A stretch of 64,000 bases of DNA from Eledone cirrhosa (GCA_964016885.1 OZ024742.1:190278001-190342000), one strand, 5' to 3'. Positions 1 through 13,199 are shown, numbered from the stretch's first letter. The notes: generated by a model not told the origin, from the letters alone. Numbers and translations are program-made.

Positions 1-430
1 TTGAAAGAGGTTGTTTGGTGGACACGATTGAAAGGTCTGAGGTCAGGCAACTTCCTCTCTGGCCATAGTCTGGTCTACTTCTTCCGATATCGCTTCGGAA
101 GAAGGATAAGAATGGAGAGAGAGGTGCTTGGCCACAGGCAGTTTTATGAAAGGTGGATGATAGTGGCGAGAATGGCTCGTGTAAATGGGCCTTCTCTGTA
201 TACCATCCTGTAGGTAAAGAAGTGAAGGAGAGGGGAGCACCTTCTCCATGTGCTCCCCGGGCAAAGGATTGCACACTTTTTCGGGAGGGGTGTGCAACCC
301 CCATCACGTCCCCTCCCCTTTGAGGTTGTTTTCGATTATTTTCATGTTACACCCTTTTTACTCGATTGTATGTAAACTCCCCCTTTTTATTTGTCCCTTC
401 TTTTTATGCCTTTATGGTAAATAAAGAAAT
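1..430 (+). mobile_element. 3' end of Tx1/L1-clade non-LTR retrotransposon (ORF2 C-terminus + 3' UTR)
   Basis: ORF 1..213 (KEVVWWTRLKG...ERW...GPSLYTIL*) matches the ORF2 C-termini of the elements at 700-11997. AATAAA is followed by an (ATCT)n tail. Confidence 0.9.
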
Positions 431-572
431 ATATCTATCTATCTATCTATCTATATGTCTATCTATTTATCTATTTATCTATCTATCTATATGTCTGTCT
501 GTATATCTATCTAGCTGTCTGTCTGTCTGTCTATCTATATATCTATCTCAATATCTCTCTCTATATATATAT
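431..572. repeat. degenerate (ATCT)n/(GTCT)n microsatellite, tail of the Tx1-like element
   Basis: Direct reading. Confidence 0.9.
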
Positions 573-650
573 ATTACCCACTCTACTACCCTAAGTATTG
601 AGTACTCTGGTGCGTTATGGTCCATCTGGTTCCTTACCACAACTCCTTCG

Positions 651-652
<2 letters not shown>
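573..652. repeat. short dispersed repeat embedded in (TA)n, probably PLE terminus-derived
   Basis: attacccactctactaccctaagtattgagtactctggtgcgttatggtcca recurs at ~55704-55783 and inverted at ~46056-46131. Confidence 0.7.
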
Positions 653-701
<49 letters not shown>

Positions 702-926
702 TTTCTATTTATTTGCCACGAGGGCACAAAAGAAGGGGACAAATACAAGGGGGGAGTTTACATAAAGGAACGAGTAAAAAACAAATAACAAATATAACAT
801 TAACAATACAGTCCTCAATAGGGAGGAGGCGTTTTGGGGGTTACACCCCCCCCCCCGAAAAAGTGTGCAACCCCTTTCCTTAGGAGCACAGAGAGGGGGT
901 GATCCTTTGCACTTCCACCTTTCCAC

Positions 927-3900
927 CTACAGGCTGATAAAGAGAGAAGGCCCATTCACACGGGCCATTCTCGCTACTTTCACCCACCCACCTTTCATAA
1001 AACTTGCTGGGGTAGAGCACCTCTCTCTCCATTCTGATCCTTCTCTTAAAATGGTATTTAAAGAAAAGGACCAGTTGTTGGCCGGAGAGAAAGGTGTCCG
1101 ACCTCAGCCCTTTCAAACGTGTCCACCATACCACCTCTTTCACCTTGGCTATTACACAGAGGAAGACTGCTTCTCCTTCATTTTTGAAGGAGGGAGGCGG
1201 CTTGATCGTTACAATGAACTCAGTGGTCAACCGGATGGGTCCCACCTGTGACAGCAGTCGTTCGACATAGCCCCACATCGGCAACGCCCGAGCAGTGTAC
1301 CAATGCGTGCGCAACGGTTTTCTCGTAGCGCACGCATCTGGTATAGATTTTTTTCGAGGGGTCCCTACCCGGGTGCCCGTGTCTGTAGAGCTTTTCTCGA
1401 ACGGGCAGCGCCCCTCGGTAGCACTGCTAGGCCAGAGACTTCTGGAAGTTGTCCATAGGTTCCAGCCAAATGTCGTCCCGAATAGGCTGGCCAGTTCGTC
1501 TTCTTCCATGCCTAGGGCTTGTCCGAAAACTCGTCGCACCTACTAACCACCAGCCCTCTATAGAATGACGAGGTGGAATCTCCACTGATAGTCGGGTCCG
1601 CCTGCCAGAGAGCCGTGAGCGCCTGGGCACACTCGGTGTGCCAGGCGCCCAGTTTTCTCGGTCTTTGCTTGACCCAGGACTGCAGCTCAGTGAGCGAGAC
1701 GAGTCTCAGAAAGGCTCGCCTCACAAACGGGGCCCACACCGGTTGACCGGTGAGGAATACCTGGAGGTGCCGTAGCCTTAATGCGTGTTTACGCATCATC
1801 AGCCACGGCATCCCCAGCTCTCCTTTGGAAGGGTGTTGACAGCAGATGGATCTCCTCACCAAAGAAACCCGCTTCTTCCAAAGGAATTGGAAGAGTGCGC
1901 GCTCCCTTTTGGTGAGCGTTTCCCTTGGGCAAGGCAAGACGGTCAGGCGGTAATAGATGACGGACACTATATTAGCGTTCGCCACCCCCGCCTGACCTTT
2001 CAGGGATAGTTTGCACTCAGCCCACTTCCGTGTCAGCGCTAACACCCTGTTCGATACCTCACCCCAGTTCTTCTCCGCCTGGAGGTCTGGCCCAAACCAG
2101 ACACCAAGCAACTTCACCTGGCCCTCCGTCCAACGTCCGACGACGCTGTTGGAGGCCATCGGTTTTCCCCTCCACTCGCCGAGTTGCAAACCGACTGACT
2201 TGTCCCGGTTCAGCTTAGCCCCTGTAAACGTTTCGTATTCCTCCAGTAAGGTGCCGATCACTCCGATTTCCGAGGCGGTTGACACCATTACTGTGACGTC
2301 ATCAGCGTAGGCCGACACAGCTTTCCGCAATCCCGGTTCCAAAGGGATGCCCTGTAACAGCTCCAACTTCCGCAGCAGTGGCTCTAGGGCCAATACATAC
2401 AGAAGGGAGAAGAGAGGGCATACCTGTCGGATGGACCGCGTGATTTCGAATGGCTCCGAGAGGTAGCCGTTCACCTTGACTCTAGAGCAAATGCGGCTGC
2501 TGTGCACGACAAGCCGCCCACGACAGCGCCAACCTCTTTGCTAACACCTTGGCCAAAATTTTTAACTCAGCATTTAGCAGTGTTATGGATCTAAAATTAC
2601 TTATTTCATCCCCCTTGTCCTCGTCCTTCCTCACTAGCGAGACCACGCTCTTGGTCACAGAACAGGAAATTTTCCCGTTCTGTTGCCAGTTGCAGTAGAC
2701 CGCTTCGAGGAGATCGAAGAACAAGTCCGGCATACTTAAATACAGTTCGTATGGAAGACCATCGGGGCCCGGAGATTTGCGTCTGCCGCATTGGCTCAGC
2801 ACGTCCCCTATCTCAGCAGCTGAGATCGGCCTCTCGCAGGACTTCGCCTCCTCGTCCGAAAGACGCGGCAGGCCTCGCACATCTGCTTAGGTTCAAAGAT
2901 CACCCGTCCATCTTGGTCTCGCAAAGACCGGATAGTGGATCTAATCCCACTTTTGGCTTCTGTCACGCGGGCCCAGTTCACAGCTTTGGTCCCCTCGTTT
3001 CCCAGAGCACGTATTTTGCTTCAGACAACGCAGTCTTCGTGTTTCGCGTCGAAGAACTGGCGCAAGGCCGTTCTCGACGCTAGCACTCTGGCTACGTTGC
3101 CGCTTCTAATTGCCTCTTCTACACTATCTACCAACTCCCTTTCCTTCCTATTTCTATCTGAGGCTAACTCCTTACTAACTCCTATTGAAGCTACTCTAAT
3201 TTCTCTTTTGAGAGAGCCCCACCACCTGCTGTTGACGATGGCGCCCGTCAACCGCACCTTAACTAAAGTACTAATCCAGTTCCTGTAAGCTTTACTTGCC
3301 GGTAAGGACAAGTTGAGCTGCCAGTAACCGGGTCCCTGTCTATGCGTTCTATCAAGGTTGACCATGGAGGTCACTAACTTGTGGTCTGAATAGCCAACTA
3401 TGAGCATTATTGGACAACTTAAAAAGTCCCTGTCCTTATTTCTAACTAAGAACCTATCTGGGTACGATCTAGATTGACCGCTGTGGTTTCTCCAAGTCCA
3501 GGTTGGCACAGTCGGAAAATCTAGTCGATATCTATCGGCCAGGTCGAATCTGCCGATTAACCCCTTGAGGCTGTTACAACCCCCTCTATCAGGACATGCC
3601 CCTACATAGTCCCAACGTGCATCTAGGATACAATTCCAGTCCCCTACTAAAAGCAAGGAGCGGGACGTCCCCAGAAAAGTCTCCAGACGATGGAAGAAGT
3701 CCGGCCGCGTTGACCCAAAAGAGGCGTAGACGGCGACCAGCCTAAAAGCTCCGCCTTCACCACTGCCAAGGTCCAGAACCACTAGTCGACCCTCCTGGTC
3801 CAAGTGTACCGCCTGTGTAGCGAGACCCAGATGTTTTTGCCGCAGAACGACAACCCCACCGCCACCCTCGGGCTGACAGAGAGATGCGTGCATCTCAAAG

Positions 3901-4061
3901 CCATCAAAGGTGGGGCCCAGCTCTCGCACGCTGCTGATCCGGGCCTCGCAAATAACCATCACATTTATACATCGTGACCTGAGGTCATTTCGAAGCATTG
4001 CTTGCTTCCAAGGTGAGCCCAGGCCACGCGCATTTAGACAACCTATTCTCAACACAGCCAT
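927..4061 (-). pseudogene. Tx1-like ORF2 (APE endonuclease + reverse transcriptase), frameshifted and internally deleted
   Basis: Motifs LNARGL, LLVGDWNC, SDHKLV, KSPGPDGLPYELY, FRSITLLNAELKILAKVL, SIRQVCP, AYADDVT. The LDQSKAFD region is missing at ~2500 relative to element B. Confidence 0.9.
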
Positions 4062-4099
4062 GTTGGTGGTAAAGAGAAAAGGCACTAACCTCTCTGTGT

Positions 4100-5961
4100 C
4101 CCGGGAACCGGGCCGCACAATTTCCATGGAGATGGGGGATGGGTTGTTGGGTGGGGTGGTGGTTTGTGGATGTGTAGAGGCATCAGTGTGTGGTGGGGTG
4201 GGGGTGTTTGGAGTTGTGTGGGTGTCTGGGGGGGAATTTTTTAGGAGGACACGGTTAATGGGTCTGACGCAGGGGGCCCCCACGTCCTCTTTAAAAGTGT
4301 CTTTTAACGTTTTGTAAATGTCCATTGGGGCTTTTATCATTTTTAGATGGGGAAGCCCCGTTGCTTGTGTGAAGTTCGAACCTTCGGTTTTTATTAAGTT
4401 GTTATTATAAATAACGTTTAACAGTTTTTTGTTTATTGTATTTATATTTTTCGTTTTGGCTGATGTTTTTTGTTTGCTGTTGTGTGTTTTTTTTTGTGTT
4501 GATGTCTGTGTTATGTCTTGGGGAGGGGTTGTTTGTATTTGTGTTCCTGTGGTGTGTTTTCTTTTTTTTCTTTTAACTTTATAAAAGTGTCCCCCCGCCC
4601 TCGTCTGACGACGAAAGGGGGTCGTCTTCCGTATTCGAGGGGAGGGGTTCATTTTCGGCTCGTGTTTGTGGTGTGGGTGTTATTGTATTTGATTTCTGTG
4701 TGGGTTGGGCGTGGGGGGGGGGGGGATTGTTTTCAGTTGTGATTTAACTTGTGGTGTTAGTTGTTTTTGTGGTGGTGGTGGAGGTTGTGTTGGTAGTGTT
4801 TTAGTTGTTGGTGTGGGCAAAATCGGTGTTTGTTTGTTTGCTTGGGAAAAGGAAGCCATCAGGTGACCTCTGCCACCACAGAGGTAACAAGCGGGTCGTC
4901 TACCCTCCACTGTGATGTGTAAGTAGGCAAGCCCATCCAGCAATATGCGGTCGAGGATCCTAGCATTTGCACCAGAACTTGCAGGCTAATTCCACCGAAC
5001 ACGTTGCTGGAAGACTTACCTACCGAAATTACTGCATCCTCTTTCAAGTCGAGGAGGCCACACAGAACCGCCCAGAAATCAATATCTGGATCGAGACTGT
5101 GTATGGTCAATCTTTGTGTTTTTCTTCCCAAATAAGTAGGGAAGAAGGTAAATAAGGGGGACACAATTGGGGCCAGGGAATGTTTTTCGGCCGTCAATTT
5201 ATCTTTCATTCGGATGGATAGACTATCGTAGAGTCTATCCTTCCGAATGAATACAATGTTTTTCAGATGATCTTTTAAAGCCAGTTCAATCTCTGTCTGT
5301 GTGAGTTGTACTGGCTTACGGGTTTTGTTTGATATTGTCTATAAATAATAGTTTTTAAGCTATTTTCCTTTTTTAGCTCTGGGGGAGAATTTAAAGAAAA
5401 TAGACCATTCTCCTCCAAAGTTAAATACTTCCGTGCATTTTCCATTTGCTGGGCCATGTTCGAAATGTTAATAGGTTCATACACATTGGTTTTTTTTTAT
5501 GGTTTGAGCGAACGTCATTTTGTTCGCCCCTCTCTGTTTAGATTTGTCGAAATGAGGTTGTTTTTTTGTTTTTTGTTTTTACAATTATCATTTTTTGTTG
5601 TGTTTGTGTTATTTATATTGGTGAATGCGTTCACATTTTTTTCCCGTTAGGGTTAGACTCCATTTCTTCAAAAAGTTCACTTATATTTTCAGTATCCGAG
5701 AGACGTGTAGTCACAGTTACTACTTCTCTTTCACCTTTGCTAGTGGGCGTGGCACCGTGAAAAGTCGAAACGGCACCCATTAATGTTGGCAATTTCACTG
5801 AGTCAATTTTTTTCACATTTTTTTCATTAGGGTTAGGCTCCATTTTTTCAATGTTTCTAATAATCCTTATTCTTTCAGTAGGGAGGCTTGTTGCCTCCGC
5901 TACCCGCTCTCTTTCAGTTTGTTTAGTGGGCGTGTCATCGTTACCTGTGGTAATGGCTTCC
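4100..5961 (-). pseudogene. Tx1-like ORF1 (nucleic-acid-binding, zinc knuckle), frameshifted
   Basis: CYLCGGRGHLMAS knuckle in ORF 4680..4943. Fragments are collinear with element B ORF1 (FFPTYLGRK, PHLKMI). Confidence 0.75.
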
Positions 5962-6423
5962 ATTACCACTAGCGTAGAGACAATCACAAGATTCTTAGGA
6001 TGAAAATTTTCACCCCAAAAGGGGTGAAATAAATTAGCCCAGATGTCCGAAGTCCCAGGCAAGGGGGTTAATTAACACAATAACGCAAGAATACAGACAA
6101 ACACTTACTGTTATCACGTAATATCTCCAATACTCGAGGAGCCGATGTGAAGAACGTCTATACCATCCGGAGATAGATAGATAGATAGATTTCTTTATTA
6201 GCCACAAGGGCGCACAAGAAAAGGGGACAATACAAAGACATGCCGGGGATTTTACATACAGTCGTGTAAAAAATATAAAAACAAACAATTACAACAATCG
6301 AAATCCCGAATAGGGGGGAGGCGCCACAAATGGGTTGTTTAATACCACGTCGATAGAACAACCCTCAACTCCAGGAGCGTGTTGTGCAAGTTCTCCTTTC
6401 TTCCTTTTCCTCTCCTCTTCAAC

Positions 6424-9400
6424 CTACAGGCTTATAAACAGAGAAGGCCCAATCACTCGGGCCATTTTCGCTTCATTCACCAACCTTTCAGTAAATTTAC
6501 TGGGGTGCAGTGCCTCTCTCTCCACCCTGATTCTCCTTCTAAAGTGATACTTAAAGAAGGGAATCAATTGTTGTCCGGAGAGAAAGGCATCTGTCCTCAG
6601 TCCTCTCAACCTCGTCCACTATATAACTTCTTTTACCATAGCCACCGTACAGAGGAAAACCGCCTCTCTTTCGTCTTTGAAAGAGGCTGGCGGTTTGATC
6701 CTTACTTTGGACTCGGCAGTCAACTGGATTTGTCCCATACACTACAGCAGTGTACAATGGCGTGCAGGACTGTTTCAATGTCCTGCGCGCATCTTGGACA
6801 CGTCCTCTTGGAAGGATCCCTGCCGGGGTGTCCGTGCCTGTAGATCTTGTCACGAACCGGTAGAACTCCTCGGTAGCACTGCCAGGCCAGGGACCTCTGG
6901 AAGTTGTCCATAGGTCCCGGGCAGAAAGTCCTACCAAACAGACTGGCGAGCTCATCGTCTTCGACGCCCAGAGTCTCTCCGAGCACGTCGTCGCCCTTGT
7001 AACGTACAATCCCTCTATAGAATGTCGAAGTGGAGTCTCCACTGATTGCTGCGCCCGCTTGCCAGAGGACTGTGAGCGCCTGAGCGCATTCAATGTGCCA
7101 GGCGCCCATCGTTTTCGGTCTTTTCTTCACCTAGGACTGCAGCTCCGTCAGCGAGACGAGCTGTGGGAAGGCCTGTCTCACAAACGGTTCCAACACCGGT
7201 TGGGGGTCGGTGAGGAATACCTGGAGATACCGCAGCCTCAGCACATGTTTGCGCATAATCAGCCACGGCATTCTCAGCCCTCCGTTGGAAGGGTGCTGAC
7301 AGCAGACGGATCTCCTCACCAGCGGAGCCTGCTTCTTCCACAGAAACTGGATGAGCATGCGTTCCATCTTGGCGAGGTGTTCACGGGGACAAGGCACGAC
7401 AGTCAAGCGGTAGTAGATGACAGACGCTATGAAAGTGTTCGCCACCTCCGCTCGACCTTTCAAGGACAGTTTGCACTCTGCCCACTTCTGGGTGAGTGCA
7501 AACACCTTGGCCGTGAGCTCGTTCCAGTTTTTCTCCACCTGGAGGTCTGGACCGAACCAGACGCCGAGCAATTTCACCGGTCCGTCCGTCCAGCGTCCAA
7601 CGACGTTGTCGGACCTCATCGGTTTGCCTCTCCACGTACCGAGTTGCAAACCGACAGACTTGTCCGGGTTTAGTTTTGCTCCCGTCAGTGTTTCGTATTC
7701 TTTCAGTAAGTTGCAGATCAGCCCGATTTCCGAGGTGCTCGACACCAGTACCGTTACGTCGTCGGCATAAGCCGACGCCGCTTTGCGCAGTCCCGGTTCT
7801 AGAGGGATGCCCTGCAACAGCTCTAATTTCCGCAGTAGTGGCTCTAGAGTCAATACATACAGAATGGAGAAGAGAGGGCACCCCTGTCGAATGGAACGCG
7901 TGATTGCGAACGGCTCGGATAGGTAGCCGTTCACCTTGACCCTCGAGCAGATGCTGGTGTGCATCGCCTCGATCAAGCTTCTGAACACGAGACCGAAACC
8001 GGCCGCCTTGAGAACCGCTTCCAAGTATCGATTGTCCACCCTATCGAATGCCTTAGACTGATCCAAATTGATCAGAGCGCCACCGAAGCTGGGTTTACTA
8101 CCCACCCTCTCTATGATGTATCACCTGAGGTGGATGTTGTCGTGTATGGACCTGGTCGGGATTGCACACGTTTGCGCTTTCCCTACCAGGTTTTCGACGA
8201 CAAGCGCCAACCTCGTCGCTAGCACCTTGGCCAAAATCTTTAACTCTGTGTTGAGCAGAGTTATGGGCCTGAAGTTATTAATTTCGTCCCCCTTGTTCTC
8301 GTCTTTCCTGATCACCGTTACTACGCCCTTGCCTGCAGACCTGGGAATTCTTCCGTTCTGCTGCCAATAGCAGTAGACGGCTTCGAGGACGCCAGAGAAC
8401 AAGTTCGGCATGCCTATGTAAAGCTCATAGGGTAGACCATCTAGACCGGGATACTTGCGTTTCCCGCAGCGGCCCAGAGCGTCCCGTATCTCAGTGTCCA
8501 TGATCGGTCTTTCGCAGAACTCGGCCTCCGTGTTCGAGAGACGCGGCAGGCTGTCGAGTTATGAACTAAAGTCCATTGCCCCGTTCGGCTCACCGTCGTT
8601 CTGTTAAAACAGTCGCGCAAAGTGCTGCTGAAAGGCTGCGCACATTTGCTTCGGGTCAAGTAGCACGCGTCCTTTTTGGTCTTTCAAAGACCGAATCGTG
8701 GACTTATTGCTACTTTTTGCCTCCGCCACTCGGGCCCAACTGACAGCTTTCGCTCCTTCGTTTCCTAGAGCACGTGTTTTGCTTCTGACCACGCAGACTT
8801 CGTGTTTCGCATCGAAGAACTGGTCCAGTGCCGTTCTCGATGCTAACACTCTAGCCGCGTTGCCACTTCTAAGTGCCTCCTCTACCTTGGCTACTAGTTC
8901 TCTTTCTATTTTGTTTTTCTCTAAGGCTAACTCTCTGCTAAACCCTACCGATTCTACTCTAATTGCTTTCTTGAGAGAGTACCACCATCTATTGTTGACG
9001 ATGGCTCCCGTTAACTGTTGATTGATTAGTCTACTTATCCGTTCACTGTAAGCTTTACGTGCCGGCAACGACACGTTCAGCTTCCAGTATCCGGGTCCCT
9101 GTCTATATGTTCTATCACGGTTGACTAAGCAGACGACTAATTTGTGATATGAATAGGCAACCATGTGCATTTGTGGACAGCTTAACATCTCCTTGTCCCT
9201 TTATCTAATGAAGAACCTATCTAAATACGATCTAGATGTCCCGCTGCGGTTTGCCCATGTCCACTGTGGTGCAGTCGGGAAATCCTGTCGATACCTATCG
9301 GCCAGTTGGAATTGGCCGATTAAAATGTTGAGGTTGTTGCACCCCGCTCTACTGGGACATGCTCCCACATAGTCCCATCGTGCATCTAGGATACCATTCC

Positions 9401-9830
9401 AGTCCCCCACTAAAAGTAAGGAACGAGACGTTCCCAGAAAAAACTCTAGACGCTTAAAGAAGTCTGGCCGTGATTGCGATTGCCCGGTCGGGGCATAAAC
9501 GGCCACCAGTCTGAAGGCTCCACCTCCGATACTGTTCACGTCTAGGACTACCAGTCTACCCTCCGGGTCCAAGTGTACTTGCTGTACTTCGATGTCCAGG
9601 TTCTTCCGAAACATGACAGCCACTCCACCTCCACCTCCTGGCTGATAGAGAGATGCGTATTTCTCAAACTCGTCGAAGATGGGGGTTAGTTGCTGCCTGT
9701 TGTGGATCCTGGACTCGGTGATGGCTATCACATCCATACCGTGTGACCTAAGGTCGTTTAAAAGTTGGCCCTGTTTCCAGGGCATCCCTAGGCCACGCAC
9801 ATTCACGATTCCAACTCGTAAACTAGCCAT
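6424..9830 (-). pseudogene. Tx1-like ORF2 (APE + RT + C-terminal Cys-rich region), with stops and frameshifts
   Basis: VNVRGL, GDWNGI, SYLDRFF, PGLDGLPYE, FRPITLLN, LDQSKAFDRVD, IRQGCPL, AYADDVT, CPRC..ETVLHAIVHC. Confidence 0.92.
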
Positions 9831-9902
9831 GTTGGTGAAGAAGAGTTGGAGAAAAAGGACGAAAGGGGCACTTACCTTCTAGTTTCCTGGAGATTGGGTT
9901 GT

Positions 9903-11781
9903 TCAATCTCCATTGGGTGCTGGATGGGGTGTTGGGTGGGGTGGGAAACATTTTAACAGGACGTGGTTGATGGGTTTCTGGAAGGGGTTGCCCACGTCCT
10001 GCGAAAATTTATTTTTTAGTTTTAGGTCATTATAGGTTTCCATAGAAACCCTTATAAGTTTAAGGTGTGGAGACGATTCTGCCTTGACAAAAGTTTTTCC
10101 CTCCGTCTCGACCTTGGGGTTTTGGGAGATGACCTCCATCAAATTCTTGTTGTTTGTGTTGATGTATGCGTATTGTTGTTTGTGTTTTTGTTGTGTTGTT
10201 TTAGTTTGTTGTTCGTCCGGGAGTTTTCTTTTCATGGTGGGTGCTTGTGTTTGGGGTGGTGTTGGTGTTGGTTTTGCTGATAGGGGGATGTTTGACTGTG
10301 GTGTTGTTTGTGTTGTTGTTTGTGTCTGTGGTTGTGTGTTGGTGTTGGTGATTGGAGTTTTGGGAGTTTTGTGGTGTCTCTTTTTTTGCTTTTTAATTTC
10401 CGCGGCTCTCCCTCTTCTTCACTTAAAGAAGAAGCAGCAGCTTCATCCGTCGATGAATAATCATCGTCAGATGTGTGGGGTAGGGGTAGGTTGTGTGGTG
10501 GTGGTGTTTCGGCGTGTGTGTTTGTGATAGTGTTTGATGGAGTGGGATGGGGTGGGGCTGTGTTCTTCAGGGGTGTTGTCTCTGTTTTTTCTGTTGTTGT
10601 TGGTTGAGTGTCTGTTTCTTTTGGTGTGGTTGCTCGTTTCGTCTGTCGTTGTACTTGTGGTGGTGGTGGTTGTTTTGGTGTTGGTGTTGGTAATAGTGTT
10701 TTTTTAATGATGTTGTTATTGTGTGTTTGTGGACAAGAGGCTTTTAGGTGTGCTGTGCTACCACAGCGAAAGCAATGAAATTTTCGTCCTTCTATCGAAA
10801 TGTTTATTTTGTTGTTATCATCGATGACGACTCTTTCGGGTATTTTGGAGATTCTCTCCGGCTTCATTTGCAACAGAATCTCCAAATCAGTACCCGCCCA
10901 CCTTTGTCGAATAGATTTTCATATCGAAAGAATCATATCAGTTTCTGGCTCTACGAAGCCAGCCAAGATCCACCAGATGTTAATGTTTGGGGGTATATTT
11001 TTTATTTTTATTTTTTGTGTCCCTTTCCCCATGTATGTAGGGAAAAAGGTGAATGCTTTTGACACCATTGGTGTCACATAATGTTTTTGGGCGAGTGCCT
11101 CACTTTTAAACAGTACGGAAACACTTCCGTACTGTTTTCCTCGTTGGAAAAATCGATATTTCCTAGAATTTCCTTGAAAGTAGCTTCTATATCTGCTTGG
11201 CTAACAAATGTCGGCTTTCTCGTGGAATTTGACACAGTCCTAAAGGTGACTGATCTTCGAATTGTGTCTTCCTTTATTTCAAGGGGTGAGTTAATTCTAA
11301 ACCCACCTTTTTCTTCGAAAGTTACACATTTTCTCCTTTGCTGGAGCATATCTCTTGCATTGGAGATATCAAGATTTATAAAATCTTGTTTTTTGTTCAC
11401 TGTTTCAGCGAAAGACATTTTCTTTTTTTGTGTGGTGTTGTTGTTGTTGTTATCGTTGATAGCCTCGATGTTGGAAATCTTAGTTTCTTGACGAGGTGAA
11501 ACTTTATGTGTAGATGTATCTGTGGAGTTGTTGATGTCTTTTTCATGTGTATGTATGTTAATAGGTTTAATTTCTATGTTTTCATGTGAGTTAGTGTTAT
11601 TTTTCTCCGCTTCGACGGTAGAAATTGTACATTTTTCGTCTGGTAACATTTTTTCCTCTTTGTTGACAGTCGTATATAAGGCGTCGTCCATAGTAGCAGA
11701 AGCAGATATAACGTTAAAATCTGCCTCTTTCTCTCTCTTTTCTCTATTGACGTTCTCCAGCGTTCCCTTCGTGTTATTCAT
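9903..11781 (-). pseudogene. Tx1-like ORF1 with CCHC zinc knuckle, frameshifted
   Basis: ORFs 11074..11781, 10232..10885 (CFRCGSTAHLKASC) and 9903..10235 lie upstream of ORF2. Confidence 0.8.
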
Positions 11782-11988
11782 GTTTTATAGTTTGTAAAAT
11801 TTGATATTTTAAAACAATTTTTAAATTAAATTTTCGTCCCTAAAGGGGCGAAAAATGGGATTACCACCCATCTGACAATTCAGCTTGGGAGTTAATCTAC
11901 AAAATAATATGTTTTTTCAAACAATTTGTTCTGTTTTTCGTATATAAATTTACAAAAATTCTTACCGGCAATGTTCCACGCATCAGGC

Positions 11989-11997
<9 letters not shown>

Positions 11998-12047
<50 letters not shown>

Positions 12048-12075
12048 TAGATAGATAGATTTCTTTATTTATAGC
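11998..12075 (-). repeat. (GATA)n tail plus terminal stub of a third Tx1-like copy
   Basis: The minus strand reads aaataaagaaatctatctatc, same as the element B 3' end. Confidence 0.7.
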
Positions 12076-12316
12076 TTTCGAAACGGCCGCAGCTCAGCCG
12101 TCGTGGTCCTGAATCTTTTTATATATATAGAGAGATAGATATATAGATAGATATATAGAAAGATCGATAAAGAGATAGATAGATAGATAAAGAGATAGAT
12201 AAATAGATAGATATACATATATGTGTATATTTACACATACAAATATGTACATATACCTATCTATATAGACACACACACACACACACACACACGCGCACAC
12301 ATATATATATATATAA

Positions 12317-12424
<108 letters not shown>

Positions 12425-12672
12425 CATTTATTTATATATACATATGTACGTATGTATAGACGTATGGTGTAAATTCTATTAGTTAAAGTGTTCTCTGATG
12501 TTCCTATCGTTTTGGAACACTTCACTATTTTCAATCGGTTCCACGTTGCACAGTTTCCAAATAGTTCCATTGTGAAAACTAAGTCTCAAACGTTTTGATT
12601 TATTCAAGCAACCATTTTTGGCAGCTGTACTCTCGTTCCATGTCGAACTAAGGATAAATAAATAAATAAATA

Positions 12673-12768
<96 letters not shown>

Positions 12769-12869
12769 CATATATATATACAAACACATGTATATATGAA
12801 TGAGAAAAAAGAAATAAAACACTATTACCATAATAGATCTTCTCCCCCTCCACGTCTTCCCCCCTCTTG

Positions 12870-12925
12870 CTCCTTATCATAATCATTATTATCATCGTTA
12901 TCATCATCATTATAATCACCATCAA

Positions 12926-12964
<39 letters not shown>

Positions 12965-13110
12965 TATCGCCACCATCACCATTATCATCATCATCATCAT
13001 CATCGTTATCATCATCATCTCGTCATCATCATCGTCATTGCCCTCACCTTTATCGTAATTATCCCCACCCTCAGCCTCACCGATAAGCCGTTGTTGTCGT
13101 TATCAATATT
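12870..13110. repeat. (CAT)n degenerate trinucleotide repeat
   Basis: Direct reading. Confidence 0.9.
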
Positions 13111-13199
13111 ACTATAAATATTAATGTTGTTACAGCAGTTATCGCTACACTGTTTCACACGATGATTTCCCAACAACTGAATTACTATTCTGGTGACTA

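Larger units (their letters stand above)
700..6170 (-). mobile_element. near full-length decayed Tx1/L1-clade non-LTR retrotransposon (element A)
   Basis: ORF1 with CCHC-type knuckle, ORF2 with APE endonuclease and RT, 3' UTR with AATAAA ending at (TA)n ~700. The 5' end abuts the (GATA)n tail of element B. Confidence 0.93.
6191..11997 (-). mobile_element. near full-length decayed Tx1/L1-clade non-LTR retrotransposon (element B)
   Basis: ORF1 + ORF2. The 3' end reads AATAAAGAAAT(CTAT)n at 6170-6200. The 5' end abuts (GATA)n at 11998-12060. Confidence 0.94.

Noticed and set aside
3021-4652. Fused ORF1-ORF2 protein of 543 aa
   Set aside because: Element B has a stop between ORF1 and ORF2 and element A carries many frameshifts, so the fusion is probably an indel artefact of decay.
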